A stretch of DNA of 64,000 nt, taken from positions 237,956-301,955 of the forward strand of contig NMRA01000528.1 in the NCBI GenBank assembly GCA_002633005.1, written 5' to 3'. Source of the stretch: Phoronis australis (lineage: Eukaryota > Animalia > Phoronida). The notes below the pieces were generated by a model that worked only from the letters and a program-made list of their open reading frames with translations, ran no database searches and was not told the origin of the DNA. Both the position numbers and the translations under genes were made by a program. How positions within the stretch are numbered: position 1 is the first letter of the stretch; every line of letters starts with the position of its first letter. This document shows, one piece after another, positions 1 to 12,900 of this stretch.

Positions 1-797
1 CGCATATGTACTTTTAAATCATGGGGTCAGACTTGTTGACATGTACTTTAACGTCAAAATCTATTTTTAAATGGTGTTTACAACTTTGATTCTGGGATCA
101 AAGTACTCTAGAGATTCTAGAAAATTCTGAGAACAAACTGTAACAGCCAATGCTATGATAGGACATGATCATGTGGTTTTTATTAACCAATCACTAAATA
201 AGTAGAATATTATAATATGAGCTAAAGTCAAAAAGAAATTCAGATGCGCTATAGTAGTGGAAGACTTGTTACACTGTACAGAGGAAATTGTACGACAGAG
301 CCATCTCGTGGAAGATTCTAGAAAGGATCTTATCAAGGGCAAGGGTTGACGAAGAGGAAGTTAACTAAGAGCTTGTCACTTGCATCGTGGGTAGTAAGAT
401 ACTACCTGAAGTGTTGCGTCACCAGCCTGAGACTGTGACCAGCAAGAAGAATCGCGGGTAGAAGAAATTGCCTGTAAGTGTTGCATCACCAGAGACAGTC
501 ACCAGCAAGTACACTGTCGCAACAGAACAGTCATCCAACAAGTGCGGAGTCCTAGCTTGGATAGCAGATAAGACATTTGATTATTTTGGTTTATTGATTG
601 AAGTAATCGTTAAAGAGAGCGCTAGCATAGTTACTCTTCTTTGTAGTTGATTGCTTAATTAACAACAGGTTTCATTTGTCTAATTAGGGGTTATCATATA
701 ATAAATTAATTACTGGGTTTGATTATTCACTTTCCATGTACGCACAATCTGAAAGCATAGCTACCTATTAAACAAACCCACCGTCAATCGTCTGACA
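1..797 (+). mobile_element. Possible LTR (solo or 3' LTR of an LTR retrotransposon), cut by the window start
   Basis: Internal ~45-bp direct repeat (406-450 vs 471-511), AATAAA near 700, ends ...TCTGACA at 797. The 5' TG end is not visible. Confidence 0.3.
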
Positions 798-819
798 ATG
801 TGTGAAATAATTCTGTTTG

Positions 820-1700
820 TGACAGCATTCCATGAGTGAGTTCTCAGCCCCAGTCTGTTGGTCTAAGCTCTTGTCAAGTTTTACCCCATGGATAGATGGG
901 TGCAGGTTGTCACCGATCGATTCTAATAGTTTTTTGATGCAATGGTAGACTGAAACTGGTTTGAGCTAATCACTTTATTAACCTTGGATGTATGCTCATA
1001 TTAAGTCCATTCAAACAAAATGTAGGCCTACAACGTAATGTCTGTTCTACGCTCAGCCAGTGCTAGAGAGCCTTGACTTGTGAATCAATTTCAGCACCTC
1101 CTACAATTGCTGATTCAATAACATGCAACATTTGACAGCCCTTTGTTCCCTAGCCACAGCGGAAGTGTTAGAAAAGTTCTATGCGATTGAAACTGTACAA
1201 CGGCTGATGCAGCCAATGAATTATGTTGTGAACTATAACAGTACCTCGATGTTCTGTTATTTTCTCATCTGGAATGATAATTAGTTGAACCGTGGACAGT
1301 AGAAAAAATATTTTCAATCAATGTTGCTGCAATTGTTGATGTTTTTACTCTGGCCAATTTGTTGGAAGTGCAATTTATCTTTCCATTTGTCCAAAGGTGT
1401 GTAGATTGATTCAGTCTTTTTCTTTCTTTACACAGTTATGCTGCTCAAATGGCATGACCTCATATTTCATGCATTATGTAACTTTGTATCTCTCCATGAG
1501 TCCATACAGCATTGATGTTTCATTGTTGTCAGACGTAAAACTGGAGGTCAGCTCAATAAAACAAAAGTTGATGGCAAACCAAAGATCTGTGCAAATCCCT
1601 AAATTGCTAAGTGCTTGTAGTTATAGTCATTGAAAATGTGTAACATACTTTGGAGAAAAGCATACTTATTCAAATCATGATGATGCTCAATAAAATGAAA
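820..1700 (-). pseudogene. Heavily decayed DNA-transposase remnant, possibly Academ (XPG-type) C-terminal region
   Basis: Minus strand near 830-900 reads ...LRPTDWG*ELTHGML, resembling the P..WGW motif of this family. Many stops. Confidence 0.2.
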
Positions 1701-2119
1701 CTTTTTGAATGTTGTTGGGACTGAATGTTCATCATGATTCATATTGCAAACTATAACTGGGTGAACAATTGGGTCAATTACGTATTTACCACGAGTGGTT
1801 GCAACAGATGTGTATTTGACTTATCATCATCACATCTTTCCATGTAATGACAATGTAAAGTATCAGATGACTGGAGTCAACAGATTTTGAGATATTAACA
1901 GATAAACTGTGTTTAATGTTCAAAAAGATATCAAAATTTAGCATTAGAAAGGTAAACTTCTCATTTTTAAAGTTTTATTTAAAAAATCACTGTGAAGAAG
2001 CCCCTTGTAATTGGTTAGAATTACTGTAAATAACATTGTGATTACTATGGCACAGATTTAATGTAATTAAAAAGTTGGTGAAGTGATTGCAGTTAGTCAA
2101 TGTAAACAAGGTCATTTGA

Positions 2120-2900
2120 ACCCTAAAATGCACTGACTATATGTACTTTGGGCCCATTTTCTTCCCACCACTAACAGCTGGGGATTTAGCTTAATTGAAC
2201 TTGCACTACTCGGCCACTTACTAAACGGTGAATACGCAGTCATCATGTAGTAACAATCACCCCAAGATACATTGTACATGTAGTTATAAATCTTACGTAC
2301 AGTCACGATGCGTTGAAGTGCTTTTAGCAAAATGTTAGTGTTCATCTTGACCATAGATTATACACAACATAGTCCAGGATGTTGACCCTACGCCGATCGG
2401 TGAGCCAGACTGTTTTCACTCACTAAACAATAAGTCATGAATCGACCGTTTTCCGTTAGAAATGCACATAGATGAAATCCTAGGGAAAACGTATATTAGG
2501 TCATACTTGGGAGTGCACAAAAACAAGTAAATCGATAACTTAATTCTGAAATGGAACTTCTTTGAGTCAATCGGGGTGTCGATGTGCTTTCGAAACCAGC
2601 CATCACTGTTTTGCTTTCTGTGACCTTTCACCTCTCTGAAGTCATCAGACCATTTCCAAATAAGGCACCGCAATGCATTTTGGGACTGTAGTGTCGGACT
2701 TTACGAGCACGAAGACGTGTCTTATTGGCCAACTTTCAAACGTAAAGAAAAATACTCCAAACTCATTTAAAACTTACTATATCTACGAAACCTCTAAAAA
2801 ACTTGTATGCCACGACATGATACAGGTTTCATGCAAGATAAGTAACATTTACTTTCTTATTTTACACTATTTTTCACGTTCTAAGCCACTTGAACACGCA
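2120..2900 (-). repeat. Interspersed repeat; diverged inverted copy of 40160-41370
   Basis: ORFs 2112..2354(-) and 41171..41371(+) are homologous (MVKMNTNILLK / MVNMNTNILLK); DNA similarity runs ~750 bp. Confidence 0.85.
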
Positions 2901-4387
2901 AACATTAATCAGTCTATCAATAGTTTTATGATTGACATTATCGCTTTTGGAGGTGCCATTCAGCAGTGCATTTGACTGCCGTCGACCCCACCATACAATC
3001 ATACGGAGTATTCAATTTTTTCGTAGGTTGTTTGTTGCTGTGAAATTATAATTATACCCACTCCTTTGTATAATCAGCAAGATAAAACCTCACCCTTTTG
3101 CGAGTTGTAAAATTGACTCATTTTGGTGAGAGCCTCAATGAAAGAGTCAACTTTTCTGATAACATAATTACGCTAAGTTATTATTTACAGGGAATTGAAT
3201 TTCAGCAAAAAGCTCTCTTGGTTGTATTCTTTTTAACACAACAAACCTCAGTTGTATATGGAACATTCAGTAGTTTTGGTGAAAAAATGGATCATTTTAT
3301 ACAGTTCCAACCAAAAAGTAAATATTTTTGTGTGAAATTTATTTGGAAATTCCCCCTTTCATGGTGACTTTTGCAATGCGTGAGTCTCTGGTCAGAGTGG
3401 CACATTTGGTCATATGCAATCTATACAAGCACCTCTCTCTCTTAGACACTGACTTGCCGACTGTTTCGCTTTTCTGCTTTCCACGTTCACATGATATCAA
3501 GTGTTACAGTTTGCAACAATCATCTATTAATTTCAGTCTAATTGTAAAACAATGTCTCAGAGCCCTTCTAAAACATTCCGAAACTACTAAGATTCGCTGT
3601 AAGCAAAGTATCCTGGAGTTAGACATTGTATGCAATCGCATTCAAAAACCATGTTCGTTGAAATGACTAGTTGCAAAAACATCTCACATTTCACAGTTGG
3701 GAGCTCAGGGTACTTCAAAGATTTTAATTTGGTTAACAGCACAGCGCCACCTGAAGTTTTTTTCACAATTACGGACGGGGACATGCGCGATGTTTTGGCC
3801 AAAAATAACTTAAAAACGAATGTGGCTTATGAATGTAAGTATCTGCTATGAATTAAGGAGTATATGTATCAATAGATGTTCTGACCTTGTCTAAAAGTCA
3901 GTTTACCTGTTCTACGAGGGCTTTAACCCAAATTGACGGTTTCTTGTGTATTAGATGGGTTGGACTGTTATCCAGGCACTAGTCACTCACTGGCAACCCG
4001 AATTTTGAGAACAAGTTTTAAGTTCTGCTATTCAGTGAAAAACAGGTTCTTGTTATGCAGATGAAAACACAGGTTCTCGAAGTGGGGATCCTTGTATGTG
4101 AATATTACCGTTGAGTTTTGTTCAGCGTTTTGAGCAACATGCTAGTGTGTCATTCTTGTGGTTAAGATCTACATAATACAGCAGTGATTTTAGCCAACAC
4201 TTCGGTCTTTTCGAACAGTTTTTCAAAATTACAACTTTGACTCTTATTGAGGGGGCCTCCGACTGCAAACATTTGTGCAAACTGAACCACGATTGTAGAT
4301 GCGCATAGCACCGAATGGGGGGAGGTCGGGAGGGGGGTTTGCCCCCTCCCGCCCAGGAAATTTTTCTGTTTTTATCTCTAAAAATCA

Positions 4388-4525
4388 NNNNNNNNNNNNN
4401 NNNNNNNNNNNNNNNNNNNNNNNNNNNNNNNNNNNNNNNNNNNNNNNNNNNNNNNNNNNNNNNNNNNNNNNNNNNNNNNNNNNNNNNNNNNNNNNNNNNN
4501 NNNNNNNNNNNNNNNNNNNNNNNNN
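4388..4525. other. Assembly gap (138 N)
   Basis: Run of n. Confidence 1.
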
Positions 4526-5179
4526 TTTGTTGAATAATTCTGACTACACCAGTTATGTTGGGGGAATACATGTAGGTTACTAAAACCCGACTGCCACTCA
4601 AGTTGCACATTCACTGCCTTGTGAAAGCATAGACCATTATGAAAGTATCTCCTGGGCCCTGGGTTTCAACTTTTTACTCGAAATTATTTTTATTGTTTTC
4701 TGATTCTACTTTTGTTTGAACTCGAGATAAGATTATTTTATTCTATGTGCTTATTGATGGCTATTAATGATCCCAGCATTAGAGCTAAGAGTTCGAGTCT
4801 GAGTTCTAGGTTTTGCTAGTAATCTTAAGTTTTTACTCAAACTTTAGGTCGAATCTAGTGGTCATTAAGTACTATCTTGAACTCGCAAGGAAGTGGACTA
4901 GAAGTGACAAAAACAATTTCGAGTTCAATTTGGATTGAAAGTATCAATCTTGAGGTGTATTCCCAAAACATGATCACATAATCCCATTCAGGGCTAGAAT
5001 CTGTTTAGCCCAAAAAGCATTTAAATACAATGTGGAGAATAAGAAAACACCTGTACTAAACTGTGTTGAAAAAATAAACCCATTTTAAGTTCCTTGTACA
5101 CAAAATGTACCATTTTTTAAGCTGCTATTAACCTAACCTCTTTTTAGGACCGTCATGTAACTATATAAGATTGGCCTCA

Positions 5180-6153
5180 TACAGTGTACCAACAATGTTG
5201 TTGGCCTGCGTCTAAAGCCGGTAACGCAATGGTTTATTCGTTGCTGGCTTCTCAAAACATTTCCACTCAGGAACACTACCAATGCGTTATAAATTGTATC
5301 TAAGGAGACAGACTTTGTTTCAGTTTTACAGAAGCATTGGTTAGGCTGAGAATAATTCATTTTCAAACAGAACGCAAAATATATCGTGGCAATCGCAATC
5401 CCGACTTAGACGACTGCTCATCCGACAAAGACTTCACAGGTCGATCGTTAGGTTTCACAGTAATACGGTTATCAAGAAACAAAAGGGAGCCTGCGTGAAC
5501 GTGCACAGACAACGAAACGTATGGATAGTTCCGAAAACCGTTTGAATGACTTGTCATGGTGTCAGTGAGCTAACTGCACGATAATGGAAACGATAGACGC
5601 TTGCGTTAGCTGCCACGAAATTCCGCAAGTGAAACGCCATCTTGGAGAAGCGCAGAATGATGTGTCTCACTGACCATCCCGATTTTGCACCGCAGCATCT
5701 TAACAGAGGTGTGCTTACGACGTTTTTTAGGGCAGAGAAAAAGAACTGGCGAAAACATCCTACATGTACACCCAGAGGACCAAACAGAAACCTAACGAAC
5801 GAGACAGTCATCAAACAGGTTACATCAAACTTATGTTCTCACCCCTTGAATTAATTGCAATTGTTAATGTTTTCATGGCCAACTCAACTGAACTCTCCAT
5901 AATCAAAAGCTGATCAACAACCGCGTCCGACAAAATGCAGGCCACTGACAGCCACGGAGAAGTTTCACGGCCTCATACTTGGTATTAACGGCGTACTTTT
6001 CGGTCTTCACTACCGCAAGACACTTCCAGAGCCTTATGGGCTCTCGAGGAAATCGAAAAAAGATACATGTATACCAGCTTTCCTCGCAGCTTCATACATG
6101 TAGTTCGCACAACCGGGACCGATACACCACACCATGGCGGGTAGCATTCTCCT
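5180..6153 (-). mobile_element. Non-autonomous Kolobok copy 1: THAP remnant (-) convergent with KolX remnant (+)
   Basis: Minus-strand terminus TTAT|AGGAGAATGCTACCCG at 6153. THAP remnant 6135->~5930 (MVWCIGPGCAN..RKAG..FFRFPREP..KYEAVK). KolX remnant on + at 5521-5810. Confidence 0.75.
5521..5810 (+). pseudogene. KolX / P2X7 cytoplasmic ballast-like Cys-rich domain remnant
   Basis: MDSSENRLNDLSWCQ*ANCTIMETIDACVSCHEIPQVKRHLGEAQ, frameshift, MCLTDHPDFAPQHLNRGVL. Fits the WCxCxxC..M.T...CC.E...C.T.HP.F...LN..VL pattern. Confidence 0.75.
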
Positions 6154-6519
6154 ATAAGTTCAACCAACTTAACTTTCCCAGGCTTTTCTCAGTTCTATTC
6201 TCATCCTCTAGTACCTCATGGTATATTCCCTTATTTTCAATTAACTATTTCGCATTTGTATTTTTTACCAAGATAGTTACATCCTTTAATACAGGCATTT
6301 CTAGTTATTTCTAATTGATCACAGATTCTTGGTGTTCAAAACATCGACGCGTGTTAATTCACAAAACAAAAAGAACCACATTATACTTTCAAGGAGAATT
6401 TCACACGGAGGTCTTCTGTTTGTTACCAAAAGGGCTTGAAATGACCAATATAAACCTTTTTGTGTGTATTAAGTTAAAATAATAATAAAAAAGAGACGAA
6501 TAAAGAGGAAACTTATTCA

Positions 6520-6600
6520 TTTTATTTATTTATTATTGTGATATTTAAAATGAGGGTGGCCTCTTCAGTGATAGCACTGCTTTCCAAGAGGGCCCTCAAC
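6520..6600 (-). mobile_element. 3' tail of an L2/CR1-type LINE or partner SINE
   Basis: Minus strand GAGGGCCCTCTTGGAAAGCAG...CTGAAGAGGCCACCCTC stem-loop followed by an (AATA)n tail. Confidence 0.5.
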
Positions 6601-7353
6601 AGAAACTTTAAATCAAATAAGAGGAAATCGAAACCAAAAGAGAGGAAATCCTCTTAAAAGAGAAAGAATCCTAGCTCTGTTATTTGAAGGCCGCTCGCTG
6701 ATCTATGAGCATACAACATCGCTTAAGAGTTCATGTTAAGAAGGGAAAATTTACATATTTACATGTGTATTAATAAAATTTATTGTACATTGCAACAACA
6801 GAAAGGAATTAAAGCAATAATATGCGACCTCTCTAGGAAGGGCTTGAACTAACACGAATGCAAAATTTATTTTTCAGCAACGTCAGAAATAACATCACTC
6901 TAAAGTAACGCGTTATCAATTTTGACATAGGTTAAACTCCGATCAAATGATTTTACTGCGGCTTCTTGAACGCAACGAAATCAAGATCGTGCGCAATTTA
7001 TCGAGTCTGGTTTTCAACACCACACGGTTGAAGGAAGCACTGACATGATAATGCAGTAAAGAATACATGATACAAGACACAAAATTTAATACATTATCTA
7101 CTTATCTACATGCGTACATCTTCACCAGTTTCCATAAGAAAAAAATAAACAAAACACGAACACCAACTACGCAACCTTAAATAATTTGTAACTTGGCACT
7201 GGGCACAATCGCTTTGCTTTGATTTGAGTCACATCGGATTGTAGTTGATTATACGAATTGGTTTTCTTATTCCACTCGCAAACAGAGATCATTTAACTCC
7301 ATACATAACGCATTGTCAATCGTAATCCCATTCTGCGACATGAACGCACGACG

Positions 7354-7550
7354 TTATGCAAACAAGAGGTGATAGATTGCAACAATAGATGTCACCACGA
7401 ACCCAACTGGACCAACGACTGCATGGCTGGCTCCGTTGCACCTATCTCCAGAGCAGACGCACAGAGTACCGGAAATGCCTCCCATACTGTAATCTTGACA
7501 TTTGTTTTCGCCAAAAGAAATGCCGCAGGAACGAGAAACGGCGGTTTGTC
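7354..7550 (-). CDS. Ly6/uPAR (Quiver-like) gene, exon 3: second half of the LU domain plus GPI-type hydrophobic tail
   Basis: Acceptor tgtttcag|GA, phase 1. Encodes GQTAVSRSCGISFGENKCQDYSMGGISGTLCVCSGDRCNGASHAVVGPVGFVVTSIVAIYHLLFA*, with the CxCxxxxCN signature. Confidence 0.93.
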
Positions 7551-8577
7551 CTGAAACATTGCCAAGTTCATGAGCGAATAAGGACAAGACAGCAACACAT
7601 TGAGTGTTGAACAGTACCGTACTGCGGAGAGTTATTGGTCACAAATGCAGTATGTGAAATACATTTGCATATAATTTGTCTATGTCTAATTAGTGACTGC
7701 ATCCATGCTGAACAATTATTCATTTGTTTTTAGACTTATTAAATTCGACAATTATACATCTTCATTCGATAACCAGGCTCCCGCCTCGACTATGTATTGA
7801 CCTTATTGTCAGGAATCATGATTTATACTAAAATCACAAGCAACAAACTTTGACGTTTTATTGTTCTGGCCAAGGCTGAGACATACAAAAGTCCATCATA
7901 CCCTAAAAAAACATAAAACACATATTTTTCGGCTATAAATCCTGAGCGATTGTGTCCTTCCAAGAATAGATCACCCAGGTTGGTCCCGATTGGATTTTGT
8001 AACATTATTTTACACTATATGCGCTATTTCAAGGGGGACGATTGATTAAGCCCCGAAATAAGACCTCTATGGTAGACGCCAAGATAAAAAATCACGGTCA
8101 CAAATTTTGTGTTGAAATTTTTTATTTACAGGGTCCGAAAATAAGTTAACTTTCAAAACATGAATGTAATATACAGAACTAATAACTAGCCATTCTCTCA
8201 GTGCTTGGCTAAGTCTACAGTCACAAGTTACTTTTTGTCGGAACGGGCTATTTTATTGCCCCTGTGGACAATTCGTTTACACAGGGAGCTGTAGGTCGCA
8301 CTGGCGAAACTTAAATATGCGAGCAGAAATTTTGGCCGACTCGTATTAGTCGCACTTGTGCAACTTGGGCATTCCAGCTCCCGGGATCTATGAGCGCGAG
8401 TTGAATTTCGGAATTACAAGCTGGCATTATGGCCAGGTCGCAAATAACGACCTAAAAAAATTCATAATGTCGAGGGCCGTTCCAGTATGAGACACAAAAA
8501 CCTAAATACTTCTTCGGGAACAGGCACAGCAATCGTTGTTAGCAAATAACCTGGGCACCATATCGTAGCAAACGCAC

Positions 8578-8706
8578 CATTATGGCTGGCTTTGAACTTG
8601 TAGCACGCGGTCATCATCGTAGTACATTTGTCGGTCTTGGAAGACACGAAGGGATCCGTGCAACCTTGATCATTAATTGAACTGCAGCTGTAGCACTCCA
8701 GGGCAT
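8578..8706 (-). CDS. Ly6/uPAR (Quiver-like) gene, exon 2
   Basis: Acceptor ctattttag|AT, donor AATG|gtgcgt, 129 nt, phase 1-1. Encodes (Y)ALECYSCSSINDQGCTDPFVSSKTDKCTTMMTACYKFKASHN; 10 Cys together with exon 3. Confidence 0.93.
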
Positions 8707-9169
8707 CTAAAATAGAACTAACAGAGATTAGCCTCGTTTTGGCCACAAGGGCTCACCGACTTCCTTATTTAGAAATTCATGTGAGTTGACTGACCTTGAT
8801 AGTTGGCGTTACTTTCGTAGCTAAAGAAGGTTCCTGAGAGTACATAAATATCATTAGTTTATTTTGTTTCGTTTTTTATTTTTCGTATATCGACTGTTGT
8901 TACATGTATGTGATCATCTAGACGTAATTAACGATGTGCAAGTTTGCACAGATGATATTTGTGAATGGATGGCTCCTATGATGGTCTCAATGAACAACCA
9001 TTTGGCTCTCGAAAACAGCTTTGAGTTACTCCATGACGTCACTGTTACGGTCAGTCAATCAATCGTCAGAATGTACAGTAGATGAAGCCACAGGCGTCCA
9101 CAGCTTCTGATCTTCCCTAGTACACTACATACAGTATAATACTACCGTCAAAATGTGCGAAGTTTGCTT

Positions 9170-9420
9170 GTCTTTTTAGGAACATTTTTGTGTTTTGACC
9201 GCGAATTTATTGCGACTTACTGGAGCAGGACATTGTGAATGGTATTAAAAGAAAGAACAATTGCTAATTGTTTATTGAAACCATGTTTTGTGTACATTTA
9301 TTGAGTTTTGTGTTTGATATAGACGGCTGAAGTGAAGCACCGGTGGAATTCCTTGTCTAGAATGCCATACCTTATTGTGTTGTATGTAGTGTATTGGGGA
9401 CGATCAGAAGCTGAGGATGC
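9170..9420 (+). repeat. Interspersed repeat; inverted diverged copy at ~24860-25110
   Basis: gtattggggacgatcagaagctgagga matches the reverse complement of tcctgagcttctgatcgcccccaatac; similarity spans ~250 bp. Confidence 0.75.
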
Positions 9421-11448
9421 CTGTAGACGAAGCCTTCTGATTTCTGCTCAGAACTATTGTATGCGACACTTGAGCAAGCACCGTCGGCAACGACTACAAC
9501 CAGTAGCAGGGGTAATTTGCATGTACTTGCATCTCGCAGAATATTTTTTACTTGCATCTCGCCGAATATTTTTAAGTATATTTTAGTCACTATAAACTCA
9601 GTATTCCTATGACAATACATCCATCAATTTAAATTCTTGACAAGAAATAGGTATCCATAGGTAACCACTTCCGTGAATCTGCATATTTGCAAGATAGCAC
9701 AGTTGGAAATTTTAACACCAAGATAAAATACGTACTATTGAATTATCAAAAGTATCAACATAACGTAGCCTATACATGTCCATGAATAAATTTAGATAAC
9801 TACAAGATGGCACATATTCATGGAAGCTTCAAGGCTCATCAAGAGTCGGAAAGAAGCGAAAGATTTTATGAAACTAAAAGGCCTAACTCGATATGCGTCT
9901 TAAGCAAGTCAAACTGAGCGAAATGCAGCATCAATGAGATTTGAGCCCGCGAGGAAGCAAAGACTGGAGATTAGACCTCCGTCAAGATACTGCAATGATA
10001 GGCGGCATAGCCATCATGGCCAACCATAGATGCACGCAGAAGTTCAGTCCACCCTGTATATATACAACCTCAGGCATCTGTTATGCGTTATGCTCCAGCT
10101 TGGACAGCTCGGCCGGACAATAACCAGTAAAGGAAGCTGTTATTCAGTGATAACCACGCTTGACCCCATTGAGCTGCAGAACTGCAGGGGTGTATTGAAT
10201 AATCCAGGTTAGGTTCTTCTAGTTTCAAATCATTAGCTGACAATCCGTTAAAACACACTAAAATCTTTATTTCTCTCATGTTCGTGTTTTCTTGATAAAA
10301 CTCGTTGGGCGTTCAGTCTGTGGTTCAAGTAACATGGGCAGCGCAGCAGTGAAAAAAGTGGGGGCTATAGCAACACCCCCCAGCCCCTTATGCTGCGCCG
10401 CCCATGAGTTAGCACTCCCATTGCCAGCAAAGAATTGATGATACACCAGTCTATAAGAAGAACCAATGATTATGTCCTGTGATGAGACACAAGCGTTACA
10501 CCCGTATAATAGAATTAGTGGGATAGTACCAATACAGTTGCAGTCGCTTTCAGTGGAATTACACGACTGCGCAATGATAACAGAAGAGTGATGTGACAAT
10601 AATCAAGTCACGTCACGTTCTTTTTATGAAGATTTAACAAAGAAGAAAGATACATTCATAGCAAAATAACAAGTCAACAACAAAACCAAATTGAACATGA
10701 TGTAAGTGTCCAAAGGCCAGTCTCAAAAACGTTGCAGGTTTTTGAATTATCGTTTCGCTTTCGTTTAAGCAACAGCAAGGGCCTTTAGTACTAACGTCGA
10801 CGGGTCGATGTTTTGAGGAGTTGCGGTCAGTATGAATGCTTAAACTCTTTTCTGGATCGAAGTTAACAGTGAATCTTAACTTTGCGCTAAACAAGTGGAT
10901 TTAACAGCGGAGCGTCGACGCTGCGGTGCAGTATGGTCGGTCAACTTCGGTCCCATCGAAGTTATCGCCAGGTGCCACTGCTATCGTCAACCATGAAAGC
11001 GTAATGCCGTTGCTAATACTTGCTTATATTTTGTTCGAATAATCACCAACAAAATTAACAAATTTGTTTGATGTCAATTAGCACATATAAATGTTCCAAA
11101 ATTGTCACATTAAAAAAACTTAGCGTGCAGCGCTACCTTGCGATTACTTCGATGACCTACCGTCTACACGTACTTCGATGTTCGTAACTACCGGAGCCTG
11201 TTTTAACTTCGCAGTTTACGTCGACGCTCCGCCCAGACTGGAGTTAAGTCAGAATGAAAAGGCCTATAGAAATCATATTAAGCGGTTATAAAAAATACTA
11301 GCTGCGTTTTGGGAACATTGCATTAACCACAGTGTCTAAAAGATTCTATTGTTCATTACATGTTCACTTCAGATATATTTAATGTTTACTGCTCGTAAAG
11401 GCTAGACACTCAGGCGCCCAACACCAGACGGGCCTTGTTATATTGTTC

Positions 11449-12900
11449 AAAGGTACGTGTACCTCTATTTCAATAAATTTCGTCGTTTTTCAAATGTTTC
11501 TTTTGTTCATGGCAAAATATGAGAGGAGTTCAAATATATTGCGTTTCACCATTGTAACTGTATTTTTCTGTCTAGCCGCTTTTTCGAAACCTCTTCCTAC
11601 ACATGAACTTGTTTACCCGCAATGTGTCAATCAAATCATAAAACCCACCACTAGATTTGTCTGGCAATATTTATTCTTGATACCTGGGCTTACGGAGAAT
11701 ATTTTGCAACTGGTTTCATGCGGTTACCTCTTTGGTTGATCCAGCTCAACTCAGGTATTTGGGCGTGTCTGGCGGGGCTAACCCACCACTAGGTTTGTCT
11801 GTCAGTGTTTATTCGTGATACCTTGGTTTATGGAGAATATTTTGGAAACGGTTTTTAGCGGTTACCTCTTGGGTTGAGCTAGGTCAATTTTTAACCCTAT
11901 TTGCTAATAGTCTGGCAGAGACAACCCACCACTGAAATTGTCTGACAATGACCAATTTTGATACAGTGGATTACGTAGTACATGTAAGTATCCAAGGCAG
12001 TTTGAAGTGGTTACCAGAAAAGTTGATCTAGCTCAATTTTTGAGTATCATTCTCTTAGCTCCCCTGACCACGGCACCCACCAGAGCGAGTCTGCCGGACG
12101 ACCATTTCCAAGCATCAGGATATCCATAGATCACTGTGGCACCAGAAAAAAATAGGTTACCTTTTCATGCCCAAAAAAGCTCTGGGATCCCCGTCCATCC
12201 GTAAGATTCCCAATGGATCCCAGGTCATACTCAAAACCCTCAACTAAGATCGTGAGTTCGGGCCCTGCTAGATTTATTGATTAAGGTTACGTGTACCTCT
12301 AATTGTTATGCGATATCTATCCTAAAATTTCTAATTAACTAGCCACTGGCAACCCATGAAAGTATATTATTTTCTGAAAGTAGAAGTCGAAACAAATTCA
12401 TCTATGTCAACCACAATATTGTGCCATCTTTGTGCTCCCGTTAGTAGGCGTTTTGGGTGAAAAAAATACTGTTTTGAAATGTACATCAATAACTGATTGA
12501 TCCTTTAACCTTCATTATTAAGATTTTGGACAACAAAACTTCAGCAAATTTGCTCAAAAGTCGTGTCTAGGGTGGTGAATAAAACGAACGGTTTTTTCTC
12601 TTAATCCGAAAAATATCCATATTTGCAATCACTTTTTCAAAAACAACGTGACTCTAAATCCTAAATCGAACATAAAAAATCAATGAAACCTCTAATCGAC
12701 ATGGTTTTCGTATGGAATTGCTGTGCTGTCTGAACATTCCAACACCGAGGAAATCCATCGGCTCTTTTCGTATTTAGATAAAACTGTTCTTGGTGGTGTT
12801 CACGCAATGGCATTTCTAAAAGTAACTCCCGACGTTATGAAAATCGCCAGGTCGCATTTTGCGATGTAATCATAATCTCAGGTCGCAATTTCAAAATGCA
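11449..12900 (+). mobile_element. Kolobok-like non-autonomous element fragments with internal ~140-bp tandem subrepeats
   Basis: Motif AAGGT(T)ACGTGTACCTCTA at ~11450 and ~12283 (the second after TT). Four diverging units start acccacca near 11642, 11781, 11923 and 12075. Right boundary approximate. Confidence 0.45.

Noticed and set aside
5521-5810. Host P2X7 receptor or host THAP gene
   Set aside because: Multi-copy, disrupted, bounded by TIRs, and no channel domain is present; transposon-derived.
10650-10698. Hydrophobic minus-strand peptide MFNLVLLLTCYFAMN as Ly6 exon 1
   Set aside because: Its only donor is weak (gtatct) and phase 0; exon 2 needs phase 1. The exon at 25947-25995 fits exactly.
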